The position numbers and the translations under genes are program-made. A stretch of DNA of 63,218 bases, the filler included, from Octopus bimaculoides (Eukaryota), in the NCBI RefSeq assembly GCF_001194135.2. It is 9 parts of 9 records of this genome, joined end to end, with 100 filler letters (N's around TTAATTAATTAA, not from the genome) between each part and the next. Parts side by side here need not be neighbours in the genome. Positions count along the whole stretch, not along the records: positions 34,598 to 54,344 come from NC_068991.1; 8 more parts are not named here. One strand, 5' to 3'. Positions 34,924-47,407 of this stretch are shown here, piece after piece. A model generated the notes under the pieces. The model made no database searches. It was not told the DNA's origin and saw nothing but the letters and a program-made list of their open reading frames with translations. Numbering within the stretch: the first letter of the stretch is position 1; each line of letters opens with the position of its first letter.

Positions 34924-35949
34924 CTGAAACGATAAAGAAATAGAGTTTTATGTATGACACACAGAAATTTCTTCAAAAACAAAATGGTCGTCTTTGCGCT
35001 TGACGTTAACGCTTTTTTCCATTTGTTATACATGCTGGTTAACATGCATTTGGGAATGTGTGTAAATCCCTTTCTGGGAATTCGTGTAAATCACATTCTT
35101 TAGATCGTATGATTAATCAAAGACATGTCCTTCTTGTCAGATTAGAAATGCGAATTACACATATAAGAGTACAAGACTTTTACATCACTTTTTAAAAAAT
35201 TGTGATACCATATGTAGCTTTAAACATTAACACTGGCGCACATGCAGTCTAGTTGACTAATACTTCGCAAATGGTTTTTACTTACAGCTTACTTAAGAGC
35301 AAATAAAAAATATTTTGGTGCATGAACTCAAACAACGTACTATTTAGTGTTTACAAAAAAAAAAAAAAAATATATATATATTTTAACGTAAAAAAATACA
35401 GATAATTCAAACTACGGAAAATTATTAAGTATCCACTTCTTTATCGACGAATGAAAACAAAGATGAAGGTATTGTATTTAGAATTTCGGCATACTGTATT
35501 TTCCGATATAGAAGTCAAATTTTTCAGATCAAATTTCTTAGCTAAAACAGTAGGTCGATTTATACACCAAGACGACATTGGAGTCCCCAAAATTCCATAT
35601 GAAATGCAGTAGGATTTGGAAAGATAGTGACGATATTTGAACGTTTACACTACATATTTACATTATATAGTAATGTCGACTTGTATGCCGGAAAACACGG
35701 TATGTATTTCACTTTAAAAAAATATAATTTGAACGCTTTTGCGATGCATCTGGCTACATATCGCGACACATATTGCTACACTGTTTGGCACACCAGTGTT
35801 TCGCGGCGCACCTTTTCAGAATCACTGGTATATGTAGAGGTTGCATAGCTAAGTGGGTCATCTACATATATATGTACAGGAACATATTGCTACATAAATA
35901 TTTCAGATAGAAAGAAATTTATTTATTTTTATAATTCTATAATATCGTT

Positions 35950-36560
35950 GGTGAGGATTATCAGACTGTGTACAGTACCAGACAAAAGATCTTACTGTCT
36001 TTAGTTGCATCCTTTCTGTCCTGAATCCCAGTTCTTTTTTTTCTGGGATCCACAAAAGTAGCAGTTTAACACAGAGTTCGAGATAACCGATTGTACCCTT
36101 CTCCAATATTTGAGGCTTTATCACATCTTACTACTTTCTGTATCGGCTGCCAAAAAGGTTGGATCTCTCTTAGGGCTGAGAGTATCTTGTTTCTTTATAA
36201 GGCCATCATTCGAGACCTTTTTTTCATCTTTGACTGGAGCCTCCTCTGAGTGCCTTAATTTTCTTGATCGAATTCAGAATTGAGTTCTTGACGCAAATTA
36301 GATCTTCTTTGGATCATCGTCGAGATATATCTTCCTTGTATATTTTCTATAAGTATTTTCATGCTCAGATAAACTTAATGCTCGATTACCTTCTGTCAAG
36401 AAGGTACCAGATCAGAAACGAGTCTCCCGCTTCTCTTCCCAAGCACATCATTTCTCTGTTGAGCTTCGTGTTAATCATAAGTCTTTTTCTTCTAATAATT
36501 TCTTTCCTTAAATAACTGTTCTCTGGAACTCGCTACCATCGTTTTGCTTCCCTCTGGTCT
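35950..36560 (+). mobile_element. CR1/Jockey-type LINE 3' remnant
   Basis: YKAII-, LDRIQ-, LDHRRDISSLYIFYKYFH-like motifs and a WNSL-like terminus; heavily decayed. Confidence 0.6.
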
Positions 36561-36576
36561 ATATTATCCAGTCATT

Positions 36577-36800
36577 CAGTAGGCGGCGAGCCGGCAGAAA
36601 CGTTAGCATGCCGGGCGAAATGCTTAGCGGTATTTCGTCTGTCTTTACGTTCCGAGTTCAAATTCCACCGAGGTCGACTTTGCCTTTCATCCTTTCCTTT
36701 CGAGTTCGATAAATTAAGTACCAGTTGCGTGCTGGGGTCGATCTATTCGACTGGTCTCCTCCTCCAAAATTTCGGGCCTTGTTCCTGGTGTAGAAAAGAA
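36577..36800 (+). mobile_element. Same SINE family, full length with 12-bp target-site duplication
   Basis: TATCCAGTCATT at 36565-36576 and 36801-36812. Confidence 0.9.
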
Positions 36801-37589
36801 TATCCAGTCATTTAATCTCTCTGTCAGTCAATATATTTTGAATTTGTAGGCACCTTCTTTCTTTCTTGAGAGTTCCTTACACTACAGTGACCTCAAGCCT
36901 TGTTTAGGACAAAATCTTATAAAAAATATCCATAGTGTAATACCATTAAATAACACGTATGATACTGAATAATAACAAAGAAATAATAGACAATCAAACT
37001 GTCTTGAGTTATTTGGGGTAAATATTACCTAATCTAACAAAGGTGACGAATTGGTGGAACTGTTAGTACGTCGGGCCAACATCTCTTTATGTTCTGAGTT
37101 CAAATTCTGCCGAGGTCGATTTCTTTTTGTCTTTATGGGATTGGTAGGATAAGTACCAGCTGAACACCGGAGTCAATGTAATTGACCTACTCAACTCCTA
37201 AACATTGCTGGTCTTGTGCTAAAACTTGAGAGCAATATTATTTAATTTATTTAAGGACGGCTGATTAGAAGGCTCATTAGATTTACAAACAAACTACTTC
37301 GGTATCTTGGCCTAATTTCAAATGCTTTTGCCTTTTAATTACATTCCGTACTTTACGATCTGAGTCCAAAATCTGGTGTGGTCAACTTAGCTTTTACATC
37401 ATTTTCACTTTTCTTTTGGTGGTGTGGTATGGTGGTGAGTATAGGTCAATAAAATATAATCCCAATCTAATGGTGAACTTGATATAATTCACTCTAGCCC
37501 TACACCAAATTTGTGGTCTGGTGCCAGTGTTAGTTGAAACTATTATTATTTAATTAGAATATAATAACTAACACGTAATTATGATAAAA

Positions 37590-38140
37590 AAATTCTACAC
37601 TAGAACTGTGCGAAAAGTTGGGGATAGAAAGAATCATGACGTGGTATTGGCACAAACAGCCGAGAGTGACGGAGTCGGTGACTAGCAAAATCGTCTGGTG
37701 CTAGAGCATAACAGGCGAGACCTAGTGGTGGTCAACAAGATGTACCGCATGTGCTATATAGTTGATGTTGCATGCCCCTTTGAGCCACGAATAGTCAAGA
37801 AGGAAGGCGAAAGAATAGATAAATACAACCCTCTTAAGTACGAAATAGCCAGGCTATGGTAAATGAAGAAGGTGAAGATAGTGACAATTATTGTTGGGTC
37901 CTTGGGAAAAGTTTCAGAAGGCATCAAGGGGAATATAAAAGAAATTGGAATAGAGTGCCCAGTAGAACTGTTACGAAAGGTTTGCCTCCTTGACACGGCC
38001 AGAATAATCAGGCAAGTATTAGATAGCTGAAAAGAACGAATAGCATGGTACCGTAGGCTGCAGGTAGGAAGCCCGCTACGTATGCAAGACTCTAAGAGTT
38101 CCAACAAAATCTGAGATAAAAAGAAATAATAATCATAATG
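37590..38140 (+). mobile_element. R4/Dong-type LINE 3' end
   Basis: RRDLVVVNK..CYIVDVACPFE...KYNPLKYEIARLW..IVGSLG...LLDTARIIRQVL; followed by AAT/GAT repeats. Confidence 0.85.
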
Positions 38141-38169
38141 ATGATGATGAATATAATAATAATAACCCA

Positions 38170-38505
38170 TTCTACTATAGGCACAAGGCCTGAAATTCTG
38201 GGGAGGGGATTAGTCGATTACACTGACCTCAGAGTTTCAATTTATTGACCCCGAAGAATAAAAGGCCAAAGTCGACCTTGGCGGAATTTAAAGGTTTCAA
38301 ATTTTGCCCCAATGGTAGCAGTTTTGGGGGAGGGAATGAGTCGATTACATCGTCTCCAGTTTGAACTGGTACTTATTTCATCGATCCCGAAAGGATTAAA
38401 GATAAAGTCGACTTCGGCAGAATTTTTGAACTCAGAACGTAGTGATAGGCGAAATACTGCTAAACATTTCGTCCAGCGCGCTAACGATACTACCAGCTCG
38501 CCACC
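38170..38505 (-). mobile_element. Two adjacent partial copies of the same SINE family
   Basis: Repeated AAAGTCGAC(C/T)T(T/C)GGC(G/A)GAATTT motif at ~38270 and ~38405. Confidence 0.75.
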
Positions 38506-38509
38506 TTGG

Positions 38510-38578
<69 letters not shown>

Positions 38579-38580
38579 AA

Positions 38581-39111
38581 ATAAATGCCTTGATGCAGTA
38601 CCAGGAACTGGCTCTTACGGCTTTTGTACTATCATGTACATTGCTTTGCCTTGGTATAAAAGGTGGGCTACAGCAAATATTCTGCTCAATACTACAGATT
38701 TGCTTGTTAGTTGCTTGACCTTAACCAGTTGTGCATGTCCCTTAGTGGCTGGCGATATGTGCATCTCTGATGACGAGCAGAAATAGTGGGTGAGCATCAT
38801 AGCTATATGTTGAGCGGAATCCATTGAGGTTTGAATAATTCACCTCTAGAAACATGGGTGTTTTGTTCATCATCCTTAAACAAACTTTATTTATGGACCT
38901 TTTGAGTGGAATGGGCTACTCGACCTGAAGAATATTCTAACTGGGCTCCACCTGCAAGGTCATGCGCTCTTTGTCTTGATATGAGATCACCACATCGCGC
39001 ACATAAGTGTACTGGTGTACACTTATCAGACGAGTAGCCATGATGGGTATATTGGGCTTCATATATTTGAACCCCAGTGTGACTTTGATGGCATATATTG
39101 CTCTCTGACTC

Positions 39112-39167
<56 letters not shown>

Positions 39168-39710
39168 TAAATGCCCTGAAGCAATACCACGCACTGGTTC
39201 TTATGGCTTTTGATCTTAACAGATTGGAAATGTTATCATGTACATGTTTTGTTTTGGTGTAAAAAATGGGCTGCAGCAAATATTCTGCTCAATACCACAC
39301 ACTTGCTTGTCAGTTGTTTGATCTTAACCAGTTGAATGACCCTTAGTGGATGACGATATGTGCATCTCTGATCATGGGAAGGAGTAGTGGGGGAGCATCA
39401 TAGCCATGTGTTGAGAGAAATTCTTTGGGGTTTGAAACATGGATTTTTCATTCGACATCATTAAACAACCTTCATTCAGGGACATTTTGAGCGGGATGGG
39501 CTGCTCAACCCGAAGAAAGTTCTAACTGGGATGCACCTGCAAGATCATGCGCTGTTTATCTTGATATAAGGTAATCATGTCGCGTACATATGGTTGTGAT
39601 GCATGTGCCTCATGTACCCTTATCAGACGCATAGTCATGATGGGTATATTAAGCTTCGTATATTTGTACTCCAGCGTCACTTTGATGGCGTGCGCTACTC
39701 TCACACTCAA
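38581..39710. repeat. Two tandem ~530-bp units of an unclassified interspersed repeat, separated by (AAT)n
   Basis: Units 38581-39112 and 39170-39710. Further copies at 49090-49560, 49597-49692 and, inverted, 54850-55370. Confidence 0.85.
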
Positions 39711-39769
39711 AAACAACAACAACAACAACAACAAAAGAGAAACGATAAAAGTGCGTGTAACGAACATAC

Positions 39770-39884
39770 CCTGCAGGTTGTGTTGAAGCTCAAAAAAGGT
39801 GGTACGACTTGCAAGAAACATTTTCCGATTTGGTTTTTGGTGTCTCTTACGTAGACTGTATCTCTGTCGGTACAGCAGTCATTG
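39770..39884 (-). CDS. VWA7-like: VWA7-like protein, coding exon F
   Basis: ttttctgtctattttcag acceptor, GTATGT donor. 115 nt, phase 2 in / phase 0 out: (S)NDCCTDRDTVYVRDTKNQIGKCFLQVVPPFLSFNTTCR. Matches the CC-x5-V-x3-D-x4-IG-x-C motif expected at the VWA7 C-terminus. Confidence 0.9.
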
Positions 39885-40459
39885 CTGAAAATAGACAGAA
39901 AATGAAGTGAGATATCTGAAGAAAGATATATCTAGGAAGATTTCTGAAAATTATCGATTAAATACACACATACACACATACAATACAATACAATACAATA
40001 CAATACATACAAACATACATACATACATACGTACGTACGTACGTACATACATACAATACAATACATGCATACATACATTATTTATCTATCTACCCATCTA
40101 TCTATCTATCTATCTAATAGTATTTCTCTCTCCGAAACGTTGGATTTTCCACTTTCAACGGCATGTTCACTGTACTGATTTTGTTGATTCTAGTAAATAA
40201 TACAGGCATTGGTAACGCAGACCAACATCGGTATCTCTGGAGTCTGTTTTATGGCGCGCGCGCGTATATATATATAGTATAGAGACTATATAAGATGACC
40301 ATGGTATATCTGCATCATCACAAAACATGAATACATGTATATTACAGAGAATACTTGTACAGCAGCAAGTTTTTATACTAAACAAATCTTATTTCCCCAA
40401 AATAATCAATTTCTGTCTAACCTTAGACTCACATGTATATTATATATATGTGCATACGT

Positions 40460-40967
40460 AGTCTGGTCAGCTGAATGCAGTTTTGGCACCATCTTGGCAG
40501 ACACGCGTCTCATACCCAAATCTTCAGTGATAATGGACTGAACTGAACCGTAACTAATCTGCATATCTTCTGATAACTCACGGACGATTTCCTCTCACAG
40601 ATGCACGCACATCTGCGACCTTTTTCTCTCTTATGCTGGTTGCGGGTCTCTCAGATTGTTCGTCAATATCAACACATTTTCCGCCGTCTTTGAAACGTCC
40701 GAACCACTCATACACTTGTGTGTGGCTCATACACTCTTCTGAGCAGGTATCGCCATGACAACTTCCTATCATGGCCAATGCGACGATCACACGCTACACA
40801 CTTTCCTTCCAAGTACTTCTATAAACAGCGGAATTGAGCTAGAGCGTTAAACATAGTGCGCATGCACAGCAGAGTTCAAGGTCAATCTTTGCCAAGCAGC
40901 TTCACTTTGCGTGCTTTAGCTTCGTTACTATGGCAACGGTGCGGATACTTATTGATCAGACCTTGTA
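40460..40967 (-). mobile_element. mariner 5' fragment (second family)
   Basis: MSHTQVYEWFGRFKDG...DEQSERPATS...EDLGMRRVSAKMVPK; TIR-like TACAAGGTCTGATCAATAAGTATCCG at 40942-40967. Confidence 0.8.
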
Positions 40968-41019
40968 TATTGGTCTCAAATTCTGGCACAAGGCCAGCAA
41001 GTTTAAGCACGTGGCTAAG

Positions 41020-41187
41020 TCTATTACATCGATCCTAGTGCTCAACTATTACTGATTTTATCAACCCTGAGAGGATGAAAGGTAAAGTCGACTTCGGCGG
41101 AATTTGAACTCAGAACGTGATGACGGACGAAATGCCACTAAACATTTCACCCGGCGTGCTAACAAGTCTGCCAGCTCGCCGCCTTAA
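41020..41187 (-). mobile_element. Same SINE family
   Basis: Reverse-complement match. Further decayed copies at ~30505-30670, 37050-37235, 38170-38505, 52470-52640 and 61690-62000. Confidence 0.8.
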
Positions 41188-41606
41188 CACCCCCTCCACA
41201 CATAACGAAACGTTAGCGCTAAGCAGTGTTTAGGCATAAGCAAAACTTAGGTTAGTTAAAATATGTTTGTGGCATATTTTAACTGCTAAAAGACAAGTGC
41301 ACTGCAGTTAACGTGGAGAATATATCTCTCTAATGGTAAAAAGGTGTGAAAACACCTGGTTCGTTCAGTGTCCTCATCTATTAGGAATCCCAGACATCGA
41401 TGACAGATAGACAAACATCTTATCTTCGAAACGTCTAGTTAGAATAGAGGCAGCTGACGAAGGATTAATTCCAAATGGCTATCTGTTTTCCTATGTGTTC
41501 GTTCCGTTGTCTGTAGTTCATTTTTCTAACGTCCTGTACTCTGATATGCATCTATATACACATGTAGATGTAAGTATGTACATATATGTGGGTATACATG
41601 CATATA

Positions 41607-41659
<53 letters not shown>

Positions 41660-42103
41660 TTTAAAAAAAGGATTGACGTAACTNNNNNNNNNNNNNNNNN
41701 NNNNNNNNNNNNNNNNNNNNNNNNNNNNNNNNNNNNNNNNNNNNNNNNNNNNNNNNNNNNNNNNNNNNNNNNNNNNNNNNNNNNNNNNNNNNNNNNNNNN
41801 NNNNNNNNNNNNNNNNNNNNNNNNNNNNNNNNNNNNNNNNNNNNNNNNNNNNNNNNNNNNNNNNNNNNNNNNNNNNNNNNNNNNNNNNNNNNNNNNNNNN
41901 NNNNNNNNNNNNNNNNNNNNNNNNNNNNNNNNNNNNNNNNNNNNNNNNNNNNNNNNNNNNNNNNNNNNNNNNNNNNNNNNNNNNNNNNNNNNNNNNNNNN
42001 NNNNNNNNNNNNNNNNNNNNNNNNNNNNNNNNNNNNNNNNNNNNNNNNNNNNNNNNNNNNNNNNNNNNNNNNNNNNNNNNNNNNNNNNNNNNNNNNNNNN
42101 NNN

Positions 42104-42516
42104 TCAATAACCCGCAAACATATTTCTCCTCATACATTCTGAGAAGTGAAAGTGGGGTACATTCAGGATATTTTTTGAGAATGTGCACTTTTAAATCTTC
42201 TTCAAAATTGCAGCCGCTTGAAACGAAATGTTCAGCAAGTTCTGTTGAACTACTGTTCTTGTGCTTGACGTCGAATCTGTGCTCATTAAACCTTTTGTTT
42301 AATTGTTACGTTGTACAACCAACATAAATCAAGTTATGTTTCGTGCATTCTGCACCGTACACTAAATGGGAATCTTTGCAGGTTCCCCCTTCTGTATAAA
42401 TCATAACATTTCTATTATGATTTTTGATGGTATTCACTTCACTCATGTTGTTGCACAATGAACAGGGCTTACCTCTCTTGCGGCTGTTCTTTAAGGTACA
42501 GCGTGTAGATACTCCA

Positions 42517-42518
<2 letters not shown>
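42104..42518 (-). mobile_element. Penelope-like GIY-YIG remnant (different family)
   Basis: RGKPCSLCNNM...GGTCKDSHLVYGAECTKHNLIYVGCTT*QLNKRFNEHRFDVK...TELAEHF...LKVHIL. Confidence 0.8.
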
Positions 42519-42554
<36 letters not shown>

Positions 42555-42654
42555 NNNNNNNNNNNNNNNNNNNNNNTATATATACACGTATACACAGAGA
42601 GACACACAGACAGACACACACACAGACACACGCAAACACACATATATGTGTATT

Positions 42655-42920
42655 AATGTCTTTTTATGTCGAATTATAAAAGTGAATGCGGAACAGAGTC
42701 AAAAGCTTTCTTGTAGTCTAGCAACATTGAAACTAGGTTCCTCCTATGCTCTTGCACCTCTGACATTACAGTTTTGTTGATTAACAATTGCTCGTCACAT
42801 CCCCAGACTCTCTTCTTCTCACCTGCTTGTTCTGCTGTGACAATGTTATTGGTTTCACAATGGTCCTGGGGGAAGAATTCAGGCATGCAATTGGCTGGTA
42901 GTTTTTTTGCCACGTGGCAA
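42655..42920 (-). mobile_element. R4/Dong-type RT fragment
   Basis: EQAG..RVWGCDEQLLINK...LDYKKAFDSVPH; flanked by (TAG)n. Confidence 0.85.
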
Positions 42921-42921
42921 A

Positions 42922-42983
<62 letters not shown>

Positions 42984-43952
42984 AATCTTTGCGGTTGTGC
43001 CTGCTATTTACCATAGTCGTAGTAAGAGGACAGTGGTCAGTTACTTGAACCAGTAATGTAGTTTGGCTAGCAGGCACTATGGAATCTGTTGGAATGTCGC
43101 TAGCTGCGAAACCACGTGGTGGTCATATATCATTCACGTTTTCGTTTTTGTTTATAGAGTTGGGAAGAAGGTTAATTTTCGATTTCTTAATAAAATTACA
43201 GTTACTAACCTTCTTTCTATGTTCTACAAATGTTGCTTGTTGGCGTAGTTGCTTCGCAGTAAAATGATTTAATTCTGAATATGATCGTCCTAATATGATT
43301 TCAATCGATTCATATAGCCAACAGCAGAGTTTTGTTTCGGTTTTTCGTAGCAGTTAAATAGATCATTATTCAATTCATAACTCCAAGAGAAATGAGTTTT
43401 GTAATAACGATTTCTTCTATAACTACAGATCGAAAGAATTTGTTAACCTGTTTTCGTTCCGTTACTCGATTGTGTTATTGTTGATGATGTGTCCAGCCAT
43501 GTTGTTTGTAGTAACTCTTTGCATGCTAAATTCAAGTCTCAGTCGAAAAACACTACGATCGTAAACAAAAGCCTCCCTCAGTTAATTCATCTGAAGTTTA
43601 ACCAGTTAATTAACAAGGCTGATAGTTGTGGCTCCAAAGATGGAGATAGTATGCATCATATTTTCGATAAATAGAATCCCACGCCAAATATGCCACTTGT
43701 TGCTTCAAATGTGTGTGTGTATGTGTATGTATGTATGTATGTATGTATGTATGTATGCATGCTTGTATGTAGGAATGTAGGTAGGTAGGTAGGTAGGTAG
43801 GTCGGTCGGTCGGTCGGTTGCTAGGTAGATATCTCTCTATCTCTAGCTTGTTCTGTACACTTTACACACACACAGATATATACACACGCGCCCCACCACG
43901 TGTATATATTCTATGCACTTCATACACTCAAGCTCTCCCTTTCTCTCTCTCT

Positions 43953-43988
<36 letters not shown>

Positions 43989-44738
43989 CTCTCACTCCTT
44001 GCTCTCTCTCTCACTCTCTCTCTCGCACACACGCAAAAAACATTTGTAAAATAAATTTGCTATTTTCATCTGATTTCCCCACCCATGCCGTTTGAGTCTC
44101 ATGATATATTTGATAATAAAAGAGATAATTAAAGACAGATGTAGTATCTATAAGAAAAATCGTGGGATGTCGCCTTGGAAAGTGAAGTGTTTTTCATGAT
44201 GATCATGTATTTTCTATAGAGGAATATAAATCGCGATTCTAGAGACCGTCAGTAACATCCCAAGAACCAATTTCATAGCTTATATAGCGCAAGTTATGTA
44301 GTGTACCTAAAGCAAATCATGCTGAATATCTAGGACATATCATGTAGCCGAACTAGAGCAAGTCGTGTAGTGTATCTACAAATATTTATGTTATGTGGTT
44401 ACATTGTGTCTCTAGATCATGTAGTGCATCTAAGACAAATCATGTCTTTAGGGAAATTTACGGTGTGTATAGAGACGTTTATCAGTTGGAATCCGTTTCT
44501 CTTTCCACCTCTCGCATTCACAGCAACAGTTCAAGCCAGCAATATAATTAAACATGTTAATTAAAACATACTCATGACAAATGTTATGATAAAAATTTTA
44601 GCCAACAGCAGGGGATTTTTATGACAACGGCTGTATATATGCAACGAAACTTCACAATACTTCCGGAATCTAGAAATAATTAAATATTACTCTCGCCTGA
44701 ATTAGAACCTCAATGAAGGACAAATATGTATGTCAATA

Positions 44739-45960
44739 TATCAGGCTGATTAAAAAGCAAGTAGCGTTTTGAAACATGAACTTCCTCACAATATATTTCA
44801 ACAATGTAGAAATTTTATTCCTCAAAGTAAGTACCATTGCAATCAACAAAATTTTTGCCAACGAGTTGAAAGTTTGTTTATTTCTGGTAACGTAAAAATC
44901 TGGAGTTCTGGAGCTGATGAACTCTTTGAACGCACTTTCAGCATTGGTTTGATTTTCGAACTCCTTCTCTTGCAGGAAACCATTAAGGTGCTTGAAAAAG
45001 TGGCAGTTGGTACAAGAAAGGTCTGGGGCCTAAGTTGGGCGGAGAAGAACTTCGTAGCCAAGGTCCCTCAACTTCTGGAGCGTCATTAGTGAAACGTGTG
45101 GTCAAGCATTGCCATGAAGAATGATTGACCCTCTTCGGTTAGTAGCAGTTTTTCGTTAATTTTGACAATTTCATGGCAATATGTTTCTGCATTAATGGTT
45201 CTTCCGGGTTTTAAAAAGTTATAGTGGATGATTTCAGCAGTACACCACCAAACAATCACCATAACCTTCTGTTTGAAGAGCTCGGGTTTAGGGAAGGTTT
45301 AGGTGCCTCATTTTGGTCCAGCCACTGCGAATAACGTTTTTTTTATTATTGTACAGAATCTACATTTCATCGCAAGCTACAATATGGTCGAGAAATGGAT
45401 TGGTCTGGTTACGGAGAAGAAGCGACGAGTAAATTTCATATCTATGCATTTTCTGATTTTCATTCAAATCGTGTGGTACCCATTTGTCGAGATTTTTGAT
45501 TTTCCGATCGCATGCAAATAGTTGCAGGCAGTTTTCTGGCTAACTTGAAGTTCTTTTGCCAGTTCTCGAGTGGCTTTACGTGGATCTTTCTCAATGACGG
45601 TCTTTAACAGACCGTCATCGATAACAGATTGGCGTCCACTACGCTAACGATCTTCAAGGCTCAGATCNNNNNNNNNNNNNNNNNNNNNNNNNNNNNNNNN
45701 NNNNNNNNNNNNNNNNNNNNNNNNNNNNNNNNNNNNNNNNNNNNNNNNNNNNNNNNNNNNNNNNNNNNNNNNNNNNNNNNACTGCGAAATCATTTAAATC
45801 ATTTTCGAGCTGACCACTCACTGGTCATTTCCTCACCAAACGCTTCGTTGATATCGCGAGCAGTTTCAGCTGCTTTACGTCCTTTTTTTGAAGTTGATTA
45901 AAAAAATTGCTCGAATATCGCGCTTTGGCAGTTCCATTTCAGATGATTGTAACAACGGTG
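44739..45960 (-). mobile_element. mariner transposon, degenerate
   Basis: GRKAAETARDINEAFG..., KWVPHDLNE, KVMVIVWW, SPDLSPT-like motifs with stops and frameshifts. One TIR (TATCAGGCTGATTAAAAAG) at 44739. Confidence 0.9.
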
Positions 45961-46274
45961 AAAAAAGTATCAATGTTAATTCATTGATGCATTTGGGCAA
46001 GTTTATGTCTGTATTATCAGACAGTTGCAAAAAAAAAAAAAAATATGTTTATAAAAATTCAACCGTCTGCAAAAATCAGTACAAATTCTTCATGGTTCAA
46101 AACGTTGCTTACTTTTTACTCAACCAGGTATATTATAACACAAACAACAAGACCACCATAAACCAAGAAACCAGGAATCCTTTAACAAGTTCAACCTTTT
46201 GAGAATGAAGGAGAGCTTAGAACGATGAGATCACAAGACAGAAAAGATGCCAAAACAACATTGCCAGTATATAT

Positions 46275-46445
46275 TCACATCATCAGCTGCCTATTTGAGC
46301 AAAGCACTTTATTTCACGTTGCTTCAGTCCACTCAGCTGGCAAAAATGAGTAATCCTGCGACGGATCAGCGTCCCATCCAGGTGGGGAATATGTGCGTCA
46401 CTGAAACCGGGAAACCAGCCCTCATGAGTCTGGTATGGCTCGAAA
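46275..46445 (+). mobile_element. SINE fragment: CORE-like centre with a different 3' tail
   Basis: GAGCAAAGCACTTTATTTCACGTTGCTTCAGTCCACTCAGCTGGCAAAAATGAGT then AATCCTGCGACGGATCAGCGTCCCATCCAGG. Confidence 0.7.
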
Positions 46446-46463
46446 AGGAAACAAGAGATAGAT

Positions 46464-46542
<79 letters not shown>

Positions 46543-46629
46543 GAGAGATCACCTGTCTATGTACATATACATACGTACATACATACATACATACATACAT
46601 ACATACATACATACATACATACACACAGA

Positions 46630-46955
46630 GACCTGGCACTCCGTCGGTTACGACGACGAGTGTTCCGGTTGATTCGATCAACTGCTCTGCCTGCTCGCGA
46701 AATTAACGTGCAACTGGCTGAGCACTCCAAAGACAGGCATACCCTTAACGTAGTTCTCAGAGAGATCCAGCGTAACAGTGTGTGACAAGGCTAGCCCTTT
46801 GAAAATGCAGGTACAACTCATTTTTGCCAGCTGAGTGGATTGGAGCAACGTGAAATGAATAAAGTGCCTTGCTCAAGGAAACAACGCGCCGCCGGCAATT
46901 GAACTCACGACCCTATGATCGTGAGCCGAACACGCTAACCAATAAGCCACGCGCC
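46630..46955 (-). mobile_element. tRNA-derived SINE with CORE-like centre
   Basis: Head with A/B boxes, CCTTGAGCAAGGCACTTTA...CACTCAGCTGGCAAAAATGAGT centre, 3' body shared with the 59900 copy. Confidence 0.85.
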
Positions 46956-47038
46956 TTCACAAAGACAGACACAAGCACACGGGCATACACACGCACGCAG
47001 GCACGCACGCATGCACAAACATGCATGTGTGTACTTAC

Positions 47039-47280
47039 CTGATATTAGCTCTGTATGCTACTACACCGGCGGATATATTCTGATACGACGATAAATTTGA
47101 TGACATGGAAGAAACCATATTTACAATCGGTGAAAAGTCGCTGCTGGCTTCTGCATTGATAACAGCCGACCATCGATGTCTGCAGCAGCTGAAGTCTTCA
47201 AAACTTTTAATGCACTCTTCGGTGGAACTGACTGGAATTTCGAAGTCACACCTTGGAGGATTCTGTTTCACTGGAGGTTT
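47039..47280 (-). CDS. VWA7-like: VWA7-like protein, coding exon E
   Basis: tttcctgcgtttcgtttcag acceptor, AG|GTAAGT donor. 242 nt: KPPVKQNPPRCDFEIPVSSTEECIKSFEDFSCCRHRWSAVINAEASSDFSPIVNMVSSMSSNLSSYQNISAGVVAYRANI. The PP-x-C...C...C...W pattern matches the VWA7 C-terminal Cys domain. Confidence 0.9.
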
Positions 47281-47407
47281 CTGAAACGAAACGCAGGAAA
47301 CAATAAGAAATATCTACTTGTAATTTAAACGTAAAGCGGTGTTAGCAACTAAATAACCCCAATGAAATTTTTGTCCTGCTCTCATAGATGTATTACATTT
47401 GACTTTT

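Noticed and set aside
42990-43110. Open minus-strand frame (SDIPTDSIVPASQTTLLVQVTDHCPLTTTM) in a VWA7-like intron
   Set aside because: Exons E and F already join in phase with the expected motif continuity; the splice sites here are weak.
47039-47170. Reading exon E as a degenerate vWA domain start
   Set aside because: No DxSxS motif, and the flanking Cys pattern plus the next exon fit the VWA7 C-terminal domain better.
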